From Octopus vulgaris (Eukaryota): a DNA stretch of 64,000 nt. The position numbers and the translations under genes were made by a program. Shown piece by piece: positions 37,775-51,758 of the stretch. The stretch covers positions 108,872,001 to 108,936,000 of the forward strand of contig OX597814.1 in NCBI GenBank assembly GCA_951406725.2, in the 5' to 3' direction. Numbering within the stretch: position 1 is the first letter of the stretch; each line of letters starts with the position of its first letter. The notes beneath the pieces were generated by a model, which searched no databases, was not told the origin of the DNA, and worked only from the letters and a program-made list of their open reading frames with translations.

Positions 37775-38469
37775 ATTCCACTCGTGCAGTACCTTACAAC
37801 TTCACTTTGTTATATATATATATAATATACATATATAAGGATAAGCATATTAAAAGGGGGTCCATGGGAAAACTCATTTAAATAAAAGGGTTGGGACCCA
37901 CTGGTGTAGTTCTTTCTAATCTTAGAGTTAACTTTGGCTAATAAAATCAAGCTTCAGAGAAAATACAACACTGCTTCTAGTAATTTCAGGACTCCCCCTT
38001 GTGAGAGGGGGGGGATCAATAAATTATCAATGATTCCATGATGAGATCAATGATATAAGTTTGTTAACTGATAATGAAACAATTGAATCCTGGGAAAATA
38101 GTTTGTGTTGGCAGTTTCACCGTCCTCATCATCATTTAACGTTTTCTATGCTGGCACAGGTTGGCTGGTTTGACAAGAAATGGCAAGGCTGGAGAGCTGT
38201 ACTAGGCCCCATTGTCTATTTTAGCATAGTCTCTACAGCTGGATGCCCTTTCTAACGCCAACCACTTTACAAGGTGTACTGAGTGCTTCTTACATGGTAC
38301 CAGCACTAACAGCGTTATCAAGTACCTTGCAAGACAAAAATAAACTTCACAAAGTAGAGCAAATTAACTGGTCAAGACATCATCACCCCTCGTTCTCACA
38401 GCAAATCAACTTGTTGCACTGACTGCTTTCCTTTTTTGGTGAGAAATAAACAAACATTTTATGCTGGCC

Positions 38470-39516
38470 AGATCTTCCGGATATTGTACGATGGGTTGGT
38501 GCTTTCCTCTCAGATCGCTCCTTCCAAATCCAAGTTAATGGTTTGTTGTTTGACGTCTCCAGTGTGAGCAGTGGCATGCCTCAAGGTTCAGTGCTTGGGC
38601 CGTTATTGTTTTTAGTCTTCATCAATGACTTGCCCAACGACCTCACGCAACACACCCTTCTGTTTGCCGATGATGTCAAACTGGTCGCTCCTCGCAGTGA
38701 TACAGATGATCTTCGTCGATGCCTCCACCAAGTTTGGAGATGGTCTAACGAATGGGACCTGTGTCTGAACGTGTCAAAATTGCTGTCATCTGCCTGTTGG
38801 CTCCTCTCCTGCAACTCAACTTGATTTCGAGCCGAGTCATCTGCTGCTGGAGAGGACCGACCAGGTAAAGGACCTGGGTATCTTGGTGGATTCTTCCTTT
38901 TCACCTTCGGCCCAATGCGTCCATGCTGCCAACAAAGCACGCGGAGTTCTGTTTTTGATTCAACGGTCATTCGGAATGCTCACAGCAGCCATATTCCTAC
39001 CGCTCTATGTCATGCTGCTGAGACCCATATTGGAGTATGGGATTCAAGCCTCTTCTCCTTATCTCCTCAAAGACATACATCATCTCAAAAGAGTCCAGAA
39101 GCTGGCTACCTGCATGGTTCTTGGTCTCAAGCATTTGTCTTATGAAGAAAGGCTTAAGACACTCGACCGTTATTCTCTAGAAAAACGCTGCCGCCATGCT
39201 GATCTCATTCTCGCTCACAACATCATAAGCGGAAAGTGTAACCTCTGCTCCAGAGTGTCGGTTGCGGGGTCTCTCCAAAAAGCTCTATCTGCAATGATTT
39301 CATCTCAATCGAAGGAGAGGGGCTTTCTCCGTCTGGGTTGCGGATTCGTGGAATAAGCTGCCGGATGAGATAGTGAAGATGCCGACGACCGCTCGGTTCA
39401 AAGACTATCTTGACCAGAAATGGCCTGAACTCTTTGCATGAACACCCTCCCTGTACATAACTTCATGTCCCCCTACATGGCCTTGCTTTTGCAGCCAAAA
39501 CATTAACTTTAACTTT
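38470..39516 (+). mobile_element. 5'-truncated CR1-clade LINE, reverse transcriptase, frameshifted
   Basis: SGMPQGSVLGPLLFLVFINDLP...LFADDVKL, then KDLG(I)LVDSSFSPSAQC...RPILEY...SYEERLKTL, WNKLP, and a (TAACTT)n 3' tail. Confidence 0.92.
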
Positions 39517-39531
39517 CTTGAAAGAATGTGC

Positions 39532-39566
<35 letters not shown>

Positions 39567-39871
39567 CATACATACATATACAGTGCTTGGTCAGATAAGT
39601 TAGACATTTATTCAGTCCTAGTTTTAGAAGAAACAATCATACCTCTCTTGTTGTCTTGGGAGGGGCATTACTCCAACAATGATTACACACACACTGGTTC
39701 AATATCACTTCTTTATTGTTCATTAATTGATTAAATATCTCACCAACTAAATAATCAATCATTTGTTTAATGTGTTGGTTAAAGAATCACTTTGTTGGTC
39801 AAAATCCTTTTGTTGCTATTTGCAACCTTTTCAGTGACTTGCCCTTTCTCTTCAAAGTCTTCTCTGAGGAT

Positions 39872-39907
<36 letters not shown>

Positions 39908-40634
39908 ATTATTGGTGTAGTGACCTCCCCAAGACACCAAAAGTCTTGCAAATCAAATACAAAAATGAATTGATACCTGTGGTAATTATTGAGAGAGAAA
40001 GAGAGCATACAACACTGCTTCTAGTAATTTCAGGACTCCCCTTGTGATGGGGTGAGGTGGGGGGCGGATCGATAAATTATCAATGATCCCATGATGAGAT
40101 CAATGATATGAGAAGTTTGTAAACCCCTTCTGCCCTAAACCAATACAAATGTATTCTAATATAAAAAAAGAGATTCATTTGAAGAAATTAGCATGTCTGA
40201 TTGTTAACATGATCAGAAGTAAATGACTTCATTTTTGTGGTAGTTAAGAATTGGCCCACTTTTTGTGGTTTCTAGCAGTTCCAAGATAAGAGGAAATCAG
40301 TTTATTTGGACATTAGTTGGGTGGGTTAATCCTTCATCATTCAGATTACTTTGTCAGACACAATGCTTATTCATTCAAATTGGTTTGAATTCATCCTGTA
40401 TTATCTTGTAGCCTCAAGATTTCGATGATGTGATTGCATGTTTTTAGAATAACATTGTATGGTAGATGTTAGAGGCTGGATCTGACCACCTCTAACATAA
40501 AACATGTAGAATATTTGGGCCCCGATATGGCCAGTGTGAATGGTAAAGGGTTGTCTTTGTTGTTTATGTGGTAATCTTTTGGTCTGTGTTTGCTGACCTC
40601 TGTTTTTTTTTTTTTGTTCTTGTTTTAAATCTAG

Positions 40635-40915
40635 ATTTGGTTGGAGAGGACAAAATGTTTAAGAAACCAACTAAGCGTCTTGGAGACACTCCACTCGACT
40701 TGACTGTGTCCACGTCGAAAAAGAAGAAAGACGATGGCTTGCAGAACAGCACGGACATGCAGAATTCCAATCTAATGTACAATGAAGAGGATGAGGATGA
40801 AGACGAAGAGGAAGACGAAGACGAAGATGAGGATGAAGAAGACGAAGAAGATGAAGAGGATGATGAGGAAGAAGACGAGGAGGATGAAGAGGAGGAGGCA
40901 GAGGAAGAGACTTAA
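40635..40915 (+). CDS. Terminal exon of the unidentified + strand gene: basic/NLS-like segment, PLDLT motif, poly-Asp/Glu tail
   Basis: Strong polypyrimidine tract with CTAG acceptor; (D)LVGEDKMFKKPTKRLGDTPLDLTVSTSKKKKDDGLQ...EEDEDED...EEET-TAA. Synonymous codon variation in the acidic run argues for coding sequence rather than a microsatellite. Confidence 0.85.
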
Positions 40916-42190
40916 AATCCTTCTGGTTGCTTATTTTAGTTGAACTGTCCCAGTTGTGCCTATAATAATAACGATAATAATAATTTTAATTGATAATTAT
41001 AATGATAACAGTAATGATAATTATAATAATAATAACGATAACAGTAATAATATTAATAATAATAGTTATAATGATAAGTTCTAAAGTGGTCAGTGGTATT
41101 GCTGCAAGCTGCTGACTGTTATTGGAGAAGCAGGACTTCTATGCTGGAGCTAACTGGTAGCAGCAGTTTTAAAAAAAGGAATTGGTGACACCACATCTCT
41201 TTTTGCCTCCTACTTTCTTTCCTTCTCTTCATCTTCTCATGTTTCCTTTTCCTCCTCCCATGGTCTAATCTCTTACTCACGCCACCACTACTCGTCGCCA
41301 GCCAGCCGTCTATTTTAGAGGCCAGCTAAATCATCAGCCAACGAACTTCACCCCAATTTTTTTTGCACTTTTTTCTTTTTTGTTTATTTTTTTTCTTCTT
41401 TTCTTTTTGCAAATTTTCTTGAAAGTTTGTATTTGGTGCATGTGAATGAACAGTGTCTCCATAGATATACACACATTTCTGTGTTTACATATCTATACAT
41501 GTAGACACACACATATATACACCTAGATACGCACATGTTTATATATGTATACATATAAAAACGTGTGTATATATATATATATATATAAAATGTCTGACTC
41601 AGTGTTGTTATCTTATGTACCACAGTCTAAAAAAAGAAAATTTTTATCTTTTTTTCCCCTTGTTTTGGTGAAGATGCTTTTGTAACGGATGATCCCCTGT
41701 ATATATATTTACTAGAAATAATAACCCTTTACTTCTATCTAATCAGCTACACACCCCTCCCCAATACTCCCTTTTTGGTTTCAGGTCCCCCTACAACTTT
41801 TAGAGATTGCTTCAATTCAACAACAATAATGATTTCAATAATAATAATAATAAAACTGCCATTTTTCTCTCATTTTAAACAATCACACCCACTGCTACTA
41901 CTACAACAATGTCCACCACCATCACAACCACAATATATTTTAAATCCACATTATCAATTCATTCTTTTAGTTGTCTATTTTCCATTGGCTTTTGACTTCT
42001 ACAAAACCTCGTTTATTTCCCTGCTCTTTTCTTTTTCTTTGCAGTATTTTATACACACACACACTCGCTCTTCAATGTCGTTATTTTATTGTAAACATAA
42101 AGAGATGTATCTACTTCTTTTATGAAATATCACTTACACATAGTGATACTTAATAACCAGTTAGAACTCAATATATCTTATGTTTTAGAG

Positions 42191-42525
42191 CAGGGGTCCA
42201 TATGACCTTGGAAGGGGTGGGGTTTATACAAGCAAAATTGGGGATCCTCGGTAGTATTTGAAGGGTCCATTTTTAAATATATTTATTGCAAAAGACAGTT
42301 TGGTTTCTTTCTCTGATGTTTTACAGAATTTGAGGTTTCCGGCCACTGAAACATGTGTCTCTCAGAGAGTGTTATTGCAAACCCATACAAGTGAATGTGG
42401 GGGCAAAAATGAAATAGGAATTTTGAAAGAAGTATCTATAAAGCTAGTTTTTAAACATGGAATGGCTATGAGGGTCCACCAGAGTAAAATAGCACTCAAA
42501 GAAGTCCATAGGTTGAGAACCACTG
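42191..42525. mobile_element. hAT-type MITE (degenerate)
   Basis: CAGGGGT... GGTTGAGAACCACTG termini with GGGTCC internal motifs, as in the other hAT MITEs here. Confidence 0.55.
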
Positions 42526-45500
42526 CTTTCAAGTACAGTGTTAGGTGAGTTATTAACGAATGCCAAAAGAACAGGAGTCTCATAATTCTGTTATAAGAAG
42601 CTCTGCATTCAGAGCTGAGTGCTTATGTAACATCCTATAGCTTATGGCAGAAACAGCTGTAAGCTAATGAATGTGATTACATGACTCCTTTTCTTTTGTC
42701 ATTCATTAAGATTTATTTATTACTGATATAATGTTAACTTATTCTAATTGTTAAAGGCAATAAATAATCCTAAAGAAACAATAAACTTCGTTAAGAACAA
42801 ATTAAGATATTTTACTGCTGTTAATCCACTAATTAAATATTTGGGAGTGTTAACAAGATGGCTTGGTTAGGCTTATGAAAATGTTTGTCATGAATAGCAG
42901 AAGGTGGGGGTCAGTAAAATGTAAGTACCAGTAAAGTCCTGGTGTTGATGTAATCAACTGACCTTGTCCCCTTCTCCCCTCAAAACCACCTTTGCTGCCA
43001 AAAACATTAGCTCTCCCAGCCAAGGTTGACTTTGCCTTTCATCCTTTTGTGGTGGATAAAGTAAGTACCAGTTGAGTGCTGGGGGTTAATAAGATTGACT
43101 TAGCCTTTCCCCAAATTTGCTGGCCTTGGGCCAAAATTTGAAAACCATTATTATTATTGTTGTTACTATTAGTTAATGCTAGTTTGTAAATGTACCATTT
43201 ATTGGAATTTTTAGATTTTTAGCACAAGACAATTTTAGCGAACTATCCATGTCATTTTACTACAAAATAAATATTTCTGTCTGTAAATGTTTACTTAAAG
43301 TTAGTGCTGTATATTGTGAACGCATCATTTGCAAATAACACTTTGGAAGAAATGATTTTTTTTTTTCACTATACCCATTATATAGTAGGTGCGCATATAT
43401 GGGTGTGTATATATATTTAAACTAGTTTATTCGTTACTTTATATACTCTTGTTGGAAAGATGTAATTCCTCCCTCCAAGGATATTAAGTCCAAATTATCA
43501 AACCCCCCACCCCATCTCTCTCTCTAAAATATGAGTAACACACACACACGCACACACATAACCCATATCCACAGCTTCATTTCAAGAAATCTCTCTCATT
43601 CCCACTTCTTTTTTCCAGCCATTGTCATCTGGTTCAACAATGATCATCCTCTTACATCACCATCATCACCATCGTCGTCATCATCATCACTATTATTTCC
43701 CCCACCCCCATTTCATCATCATATCTCTAATGAAGTTGTCTCCATTCTTGGTTGCTATTCAGCTGTAAACCTGCACTAGCCCCAGCCTCCCACCCACCCA
43801 AATTGAAGTAGGCATTTCTGGTTAAACAAGTTATTAATCAGTTAGTTACAGTTTTATTTATGGCCAATTGCTATCAGAAGATGAAATTAAAAAAGGATAC
43901 CATGATGATAATAATAATAATAGTGATGATGATAAATTTACTAAGACCATTTTTTTTTTTGGTTGTTGATAGTTGATTTTATATCAAATAAATAGATTTC
44001 TTTTCTGACTCAGTGTTATTGCAGCAAATTGGAAGAAGGAAGAAAAATAAGTTTATATGTGTGGGTGTGTGTATGTGAGAGAGATAAAGGGAGAGGAAGG
44101 GAAAAAAATAAGCGAGAAGCACTTATTCTCTGCAAAAAAAAAAAAAATAAATTTAAAAAAAATAAAAAAGTCTGCATTTCAAAGTTTGCAATAAAAAAAA
44201 AAATTAAAAAATCAAAGAAGATAAATAATTAATCTTAATGAATTAAGTTTTGATTATTTAGCAATGAAAACATTTGGTAAACTAGCATCAATTTGTTTGT
44301 GAGTGTAAACGTTCATTTTTTTTTTTGTTTTTGAAATAATTTTTTTCTCTTCATCTTATTACTGGGAAGTTCTGTGCAGAATTTATTAATCCTTGTCACA
44401 CAGTATTGGCCAGAATTGAAATATTAACTGCTGTGTTAGAGTAAACAACATCAACAACAACCAATGTAAACTCTACAAAGCTCTATTTAGTAACGGTTGA
44501 GGGGAGGGGCAATCACCAGACTTAATTTATTTGTCGTCGATCATTAATTTTGTTGAACTTAATTCTTTATTAAGATTGTATTCCCTGTATATAGGATGTG
44601 TGTCGATACTTTTAACCTTCATTATTATAAATAATATTAATAATAATCATAATAATAATGTATTCTTCTATGGTTTTACAGCAACAATTTTATTCAACTT
44701 GTAATCTCCATTTGTAGGTAATAACACTTCTTAAACCTGGAATTCTGTTGCTGGACACGATTTTAGTTCATTAGTTTACTCACTGAACAGTTTAGAATCT
44801 CAGTTCTTGCCTTTGGCATCAAACAGTCTTGAAATTAGAACTAACCTGTTCCTTGTGTCGTTAATGTGGAATTTAAAAACAAAAAAAAAAAGGATCATTC
44901 ATTTTACAATATTTAGGAACTTACTCGACTGAAAGTGGGGTAACACTGGATTACTGTAATCCAGTCTCTGATCTGAATTACCATTTAAATTCCTATTCAC
45001 TATGTGATCTCTTTGTTGGAATAGGAAATGTTCACCAGTTTTTTTTTTTAATTATATTTCAAACAAGATCTCATCTTAACTTATAATCCAACGATGTAAT
45101 ATTATTTAGCAAAAAAACAATACACTTCATTTCTTTTTGTCTTTTTTCTGTCTTCAGGGGAATACTCTCAGAAAATTTGCTCATTTCTTCAAATCAGTTG
45201 ACAGACAGATGCTTCCACTTAAAAAAAAATTAAAAATTTAAAAATTTTAAAAAATCGATCATGAAAAGTAACTTTTAGTGGATGGATCCTTTTACTCATT
45301 AAAATACTTCACATATTTTTTACACCTATTGAAGAAAAATTAAATTTAAAAATTAAAAAAAAACAAACAAAAACATGCAAAAGGCAATAGAATTAAAGTA
45401 GAAAATTTTTTTTTCCCACTGCCTCTATAAACAATTTCATCTTTTTTTTTCTCCCAAGATCTAATGTACCTCTATAAGCATATTCACATGTCATCACTAC

Positions 45501-45856
45501 AAAGGAGTATTTATCATTTTTTTTTTTTGTTGGCAATGAGCATTTCTTTTTTAAATAGCTTGTTTGACTTTCTAAACTTTTTTTTTTAATTTTCCACCCA
45601 TCCCACCCTACTTTTTAGATTATCTGTATGGATACGATGACTGTTGTACTAAAACTATTTCGTCTTGGGTGTTTCAAATTGTCATGTGTGAGCCATAAAT
45701 AGATTCAACAGGTTTTTAGCTGAACTTCGGAAGAGAGGACTCACTCACAATCTCTCTTTTGATGTGGACATCTCATAAGGGCCTCAGGTAAAAAAAACAA
45801 AAACAAAAAGCAAAACAAAAAAAAACAAAAACAAAAAACATCCCCAACTTTCAAAC

Positions 45857-45862
45857 AATAAA
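45857..45862 (+). terminator. Candidate polyadenylation signal of the + strand gene
   Basis: AATAAA followed by GT/T-rich TTGTTGATATTTGTTGATTTC, at the end of a TE-poor stretch just before TE-dense DNA resumes. Confidence 0.4.
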
Positions 45863-45967
45863 CTTGTTTCTATTGTTGATATTTGTTGATTTCTTTAATT
45901 AATTAATCATGTTTTATGTGTAATTAATTTAAGAATTTCATTTTTGTTTCCTACCTTTATTTCTAAT

Positions 45968-46715
45968 TCATGGAGAGAAATGTTGGACATAAGAAGCATC
46001 GGATGTGGCATGTAAGAGAGACGTTTATGTTGGTATGGTCATGCACTACAGAAGGATGAGGAGAGCTGTGTGAATAAGTGCCACTCCCAAACTGGAAGGA
46101 ATCCAGAGTAGAGAGAGACCTAGGAAGACATGGGATGAGGTGGTGAAGCACAACCATTGAACATTGGGCATCACAGAAGCAATGACTAAAGACCAAGACC
46201 TCTGGAGATATGCTGTGACTGAAAAGACCCGGCAATTAAAGTGAGTTCACAGCTGTATCCTACACCAGTGTTGCATAACCAACCCACTCAAAAAGTACCT
46301 TGGATTGTAGGGCGACATACCGTGCTTGAAGAGACCTATGGAGTCAAGTACAGCAACATCAAATCAAATCACATTTCAATGGAAATTGTAGTTGTGACCC
46401 CGTGCCAGTGACATGTAAAACGTACCATCTGAATGTGGCCAATGCCAGTGCCACCTTGACTGGCTTCCGTGCCTGTGACATGTAAAAAGCACCAACCAAT
46501 TGTGGTCATCGCCAGCCCCCTCTGGCCCCTGTGCCAGTGGTATGTAAAAAACAGCCACTACACTCTTGGAGTGGTTGGCGTTAGGAAGGGCATCCAGCTG
46601 TAGAAACACTGCCAGATCAGATTGGAGCCTGGTTCAGCATCCTGGCTTCCCAGACCCCAGTCAATCCATCCAACTTATGCCAGCATGGGAAATGGGTGTT
46701 AAACAATGATGATGA
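45968..46715 (+). mobile_element. RTE-clade LINE 3' fragment with 3'UTR
   Basis: ...RPRKTWDEVVKH...LGITEAMTKDQDLWRYAVTEKTRQ, then the common tail ending GATGATG. Confidence 0.75.
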
Positions 46716-47573
46716 AGGAAACTGAAAGAGGCCCATTATTTATATGTGTTTGTCCCACACCCCAATGCTTGAGAACTGGTGTTAGTATGTTTATATCCCC
46801 ATAACTTAGTGGTTCAGCAAAAGAGACCGATAGAATAAGTACCAGGCTTTAAAAAAAAAAAAGCTAGGGTCAATTCATGTTTCAAAGCAATGCTCCAGCA
46901 TGACTGCAACATCAACCTCCCTGTTGCCAATCTTCTTTTGCTTTCAAGCAAAGGAACCCTAACCCTTCACCCAGAAAGGTTTTTCTTTTTATTAAAGACT
47001 GGAAACGGACACCATCATTTGTCTGGCAATGATGCTTCTTTCAGTTTCCATTTACCATATCAACTCACTAAGCTTTCGTTGACCCAGCACAATAGTGAAA
47101 GACAATTGCCCAATGTGCTGTTTATTAGGACTGAACTCAAAGCCACGTTTGTGTCTGTCTATGTGGCATTAGCACAGGTGCTCTATACATGCTAGCAGCC
47201 CACAGATGGAAATGGATATCTGTATATGTTCCTGTTTGTAATGTTATTGGCTACTGGTTAAAAAAAAAGAAAAAAAGGGGGTTTATTTGCTGAGTTTTGA
47301 TAAAATAGGTTAGCCCAGTGGTTCTCAATTATTTTTCTGCCTATGGACCCTCATAACCATTTGATATTTAAAGAAATTCTTGTTTCAATCATTTAACTGC
47401 AGCCAAGCTGGAGTACCACCTTTAGTTGAACAAAATGACCCTAGGACTTAATCTTTGTAAGCCAAGTACTTATTCTATTGGTCTCTTTTGCAGAACCACT
47501 AAGTTATGGGGGACGTAAACACACCAACATCGGTTGTCAAGCAACGGTGGGGGAACAAACATGGACATACAAA

Positions 47574-47612
<39 letters not shown>

Positions 47613-48190
47613 ATGGGCTTCTTTCAGTTTCCATCTTCCTAATCCAATCACAAGGCTTAGGTCAGCCCAAGGCTATAATAGAAGACACTTGCCCAAGGTG
47701 CCATGCAGTGGGACTGAACCCGGAACCGTGTGTTTGGGAAGCAAGCTACTTACCACACAGCCATGCCCGCACCTATCATTATCATTGTCATCGTTTAACA
47801 TCTGCTTTCCATACTGGCATGGGTTGGACGGTTTGACTGGGGACTGGCAAGCCAGGAGGCCACACCAGGCTCCAATCTGATATGGCAAAGTTTCTACAGC
47901 TGGATGCCCTTCCTAACACCAACCACTCTAAGAGTGTAGTGGGTGCTTTTATGTGTCACCGGCATGGGAGCCAGTCAGGTGGTTCTGGCATCGACCACGC
48001 TCAAAAGGTGTTTTTTACGTGCTACCTGCAAGGGAGCCAGTCCGGCAGCCCTGGCAATGACCACGCTTGAATGTTGTTTGTCATGTGCCGGTAAGATGAT
48101 TAAATAAGGAATTGTATAAGAAATATTGTTAAAATATTCTGTGTTCTGTAAAAGTATAACCAGTTTATTGCTAATAAATATTAATAAAAA

Positions 48191-48630
48191 AGCGGGGAGC
48201 TGGCGGAAACATTAGCACACTGGGCGAAATGCTTAGCGGTGTTTTGTCTGTCTTCACGTTCTGAGTCCAAATTGTGCCGAAGTTGACTTTGCCTTTCATC
48301 CTTTTGGAGTCAAAAAAATTAAGTACCAGTTGCATGTTTGGGATTGATCTAATTGACTGGCCCTCCCCTCCCCCAAAATTTTGGGCCTTGTGCCTAGAGT
48401 AGAAAAGAATATTTATACAAGGGAAAGGTGGCAAACTGGCAGAAGCATTAGCACACCAGGTGAAATGCTTAGCGGTATTTCGTCTGTCTTTATGTTCTGA
48501 GTTCAAATTCCGTCAAAGTCGACTTTGCCTTTCATCTTTTCAGGGTCAAAAAATTAAGTACTGGGGTCGATCTAATCAATTGACCCCACTTCCCCAAGTC
48601 TCAAGCCTTGTGCCTAGAGTAGAAAAGAAT
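48191..48630 (+). mobile_element. Two tandem Deu/Nin-domain tRNA-SINEs
   Basis: Two homologous units G(C/T)GG...CTGGC(G/A)GAA...GAAATGCTTAGCGGT...GACTTTGCCTTTCATC...AATTAAGTAC...GTGCCTAGAGTAGAAAAGAAT. Confidence 0.75.
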
Positions 48631-51600
48631 AAATATTAATGATAAAATCTTTTAAGGATCCCTAAAGGTTATGCTGGACCCTGATTGAGAATCACTTGGT
48701 TGGCGAAGAAAGACACGAGACAAAAGTTCTTACCTTGACAGTCGAGTGGTGGAAACCAGAGATGGCCGAGGATGAAATCACTGTATGAAGATGCATCTAA
48801 CCTGTCTTTGCAAGCCAGTCTTTTTGCTTTTATATGTTCTGTCAACCTCATTGTTCCATCACTATGGTCACCCTCGGTTTTGGTCTTAGGACTTTGCTCC
48901 ACACACACACACAAGTATGCAATATATGTTTGGGTAGAGACTAAGAATATTCTTATTTCGGTCGATTTTAGGCCAAGGTGCAACAGTCATAACTTGCCTG
49001 AAGAGCCTGTGCACCCAAAAGGGGTGGGGTTGGGGGACCCAGAGGAGAAAGAGACCGACTCAACCAAAATAATTATATCTCTACTTCTTTTAGTCATTAT
49101 TCTGTGGTCATGCTGGGGCACCACTTCGATGAATATTCAGTTGAATGAATTAACCCAAATACTCATATTTTTCTAAGCCTGGTTCTTATTCTATCGATCT
49201 CTTTTGCTGAACTGCTAGGTTACAGGGATGTAAACACACTAACACTGATTGTCAAGCAGCAGTGGGGGACAAACATACACATACAGATATATATATATAT
49301 ATGACAGGCTTCCTTCAGTTTCCATCAACCAAAATCCACTTACAATGCTTTGGTTGGCCTGAGGCTTAAATAGAAGAGACTTGCCTAAAGTGGCATGTAG
49401 TGGGACTGAACCTGGAACCTTGTGGTTGGGAAGCAAGCTTCTTACCACACAGCTATTTCTGGTTCTATGTTTACATCAATCTTTTCAAGTTAGTCTTTGA
49501 ACTGTCTGAAGAGTCAATGCTGTGGAGGTCAAATATTGCTGGCTTTGTGCATACAGAAATATTCAAATTAACAGGAATAAAAAACATACACACAATCTGA
49601 GGAAACAAAGTTTTTAAAAAATATTCGTGATTGTCACTGAGTTGAAGCAATGGAGTAGGATGTTTGCAAGACTGTATTATGCCATGAACTGGTAGTGTTG
49701 TTAGCATGCCAGGCTAAATGCTTGGTGGCTTTCTTTACGTTCATCATCATCCTCATCGTTTAATGTCCGCTTTCCATGCTGGCATGGGTGGAGTGGGGTG
49801 GTTTGACAAGAGCCGACTGGACAGAAGCCTGTGCCAGACTTCTGTAACTGTTTCAGCAAGGTTTTTACAGCTGGATGCCCTTCCTAATATGAACCACTCA
49901 GCAGAGTGGATTTAGTGCTTTTTACATGGCACAAGCACAGATAAGGTCAGTTTTGGCAAGGCTTTTACAGCTGGGTGTCCTTCCTAACACCAACCACTCA
50001 GCAGAGTGGACTTAGTTCTTTTTATGTGGCACAAGCACAGGCAAGGTTTTTACAGCTGGGTGCCCTTTCCAGTGCCAACCACCCAGCAGAATGGACTATC
50101 TGAGTTCAAATAGCAATAGGGTTGACTTTGCCCTTCATATCCTTTCAAAGTTGATAAAATAAGTACCAGTTGCACATTCGGGATCAATCTAATTGACTTT
50201 CTTACTTCTGCTTTCTACTATAAGTACAAGGCCTGAAAGTTCTGTGCTCAGCTGGTACTTATCTCATCAATGCCAAAAGGATGAAGGGTAAAGTTGACCT
50301 TCGTGGGATTTGAACTCAGAACAGAAAGAGCTGCTAACCATTTTGACTGACACACTAATGAAGCAACTGCCCACGATTTTAAATAATAATAATAATAATC
50401 ATCGTCGTCGTTTAACGTCTGCTTTCCATGCTGGCATGGGTTGACAGTTTGTCAAAGGGCTGACAAGCCAGCAGGCTGCACCAGGCTCAATCTGATCTGG
50501 CAAAGATTCTACAGGTGGATGCCCTTCCTAAGGCCAACCACTCCAAGAGTGTAGTGAGTGCTTTTACATGCCACTGGCATGAAGCGTCAGTCAGGCAGTA
50601 CTGGCAACGACCACACTCAAATGGTGTATATTTTAACATGCCGCCTGCACAGGAGCCAGTCCAATGGCACTGGCAAGAACCACATTCGAATGTTGTTTTT
50701 CATGTGCCACTGGCACAGATGCCAGTAAGGCAACGCCTTTCTACTAAGGGTACGAGGCCTGAAATTTTTAGGAGAGGGGGCTAGTTTATTACATCGACCC
50801 CAGTGTTTCACTGGTACTTAATTTATCGACCCCCAAAAGGACAAAAAGCAAAGTCGACCTCAGTGGAATCTGAACTCAGAACGTAGCAACAGCTAAAATG
50901 CCTTTTGGCATTTTGCCTGGTGTACTAACGATTCTGCCAGTTCGCTGCCTTAATCCTATTGCATGCAATACTCAATCTGGTAAACTACAACTCATTGGGA
51001 AAAAAAAAGCTAAAAGAAGGGACAGAAAATAGAGAAGTTAAAGAAAGACAGCAATGGAAGCTAAAGAAAGGCACACAATCCAGAGAGAGAGGCTGAGAAA
51101 TGAACCTTAAGAGTGATGAAGACAGAAGTGTGGATAGACAGGTCGAGATTAATGTTGGTGAATTTCAGGAAGCATAGAATTGGGTTTTGAAGAATGCAAT
51201 TTCCAGACAGATCACCACCACCACCGTTTTAGTGTCCACTTTTGCATCATGGGTCAGACATAATTTGTTGAGGCAGATTTTCTATGCCTGGACACCCTGT
51301 CAACTTCACATTTTCAAGCGAAGTAGTATATTCCTCCATGGTCAAATATGATGTTTTGTTCATGGAAGACTGGAAAAGAACAGTAATTAAAATGTCACCC
51401 AAAGTTTATTCCGTGTTTTCATAATTCTGATCCTGAAAAAATGCTTCCGATAGTGAAGGCGGCTGCAGCACAGTTCTGATTTTATAAGAATGTTTACGAA
51501 TGGTAGGGATATTAAATCAAAAACAGTTTCGATGTTAAAATTTCGACCTGAACACGTTTTATACAGAGAAATCTGGACAAGGAGAAGTAACTTGGGTGAT

Positions 51601-51758
51601 TTCGTTTTGGGATTTGGTTTGCAAGATTCTTTATATGAGTTCGTGTGTTGAAGCATATTCTGTTGTGTCTGGGGAGAATCATTTTCTTTTTATGCCTTAT
51701 AATATAACACACTCAAAAATAAAAATAAGAGAAAAAGTGGAAATTTTACCGGTGAGTG

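Larger units (their letters stand above)
37039..37903. mobile_element. hAT-type MITE with a perfect 8-bp TSD, carrying nested (TA)n tracts and palindromes
   Basis: GTGTAGTT|CAGTGATTCCCGACC ... GGTTGGGACCCACTG|GTGTAGTT. Confidence 0.85.

Noticed and set aside
48990-49070. Isolated CTGA(A/T/G)GA heptamers (also 8082, 20638, 23048, 26385, 49505, 53023)
   Set aside because: No closing stem II-GAAA-UH-stem I. 53023 may be a truncated Penelope hammerhead but cannot be supported.
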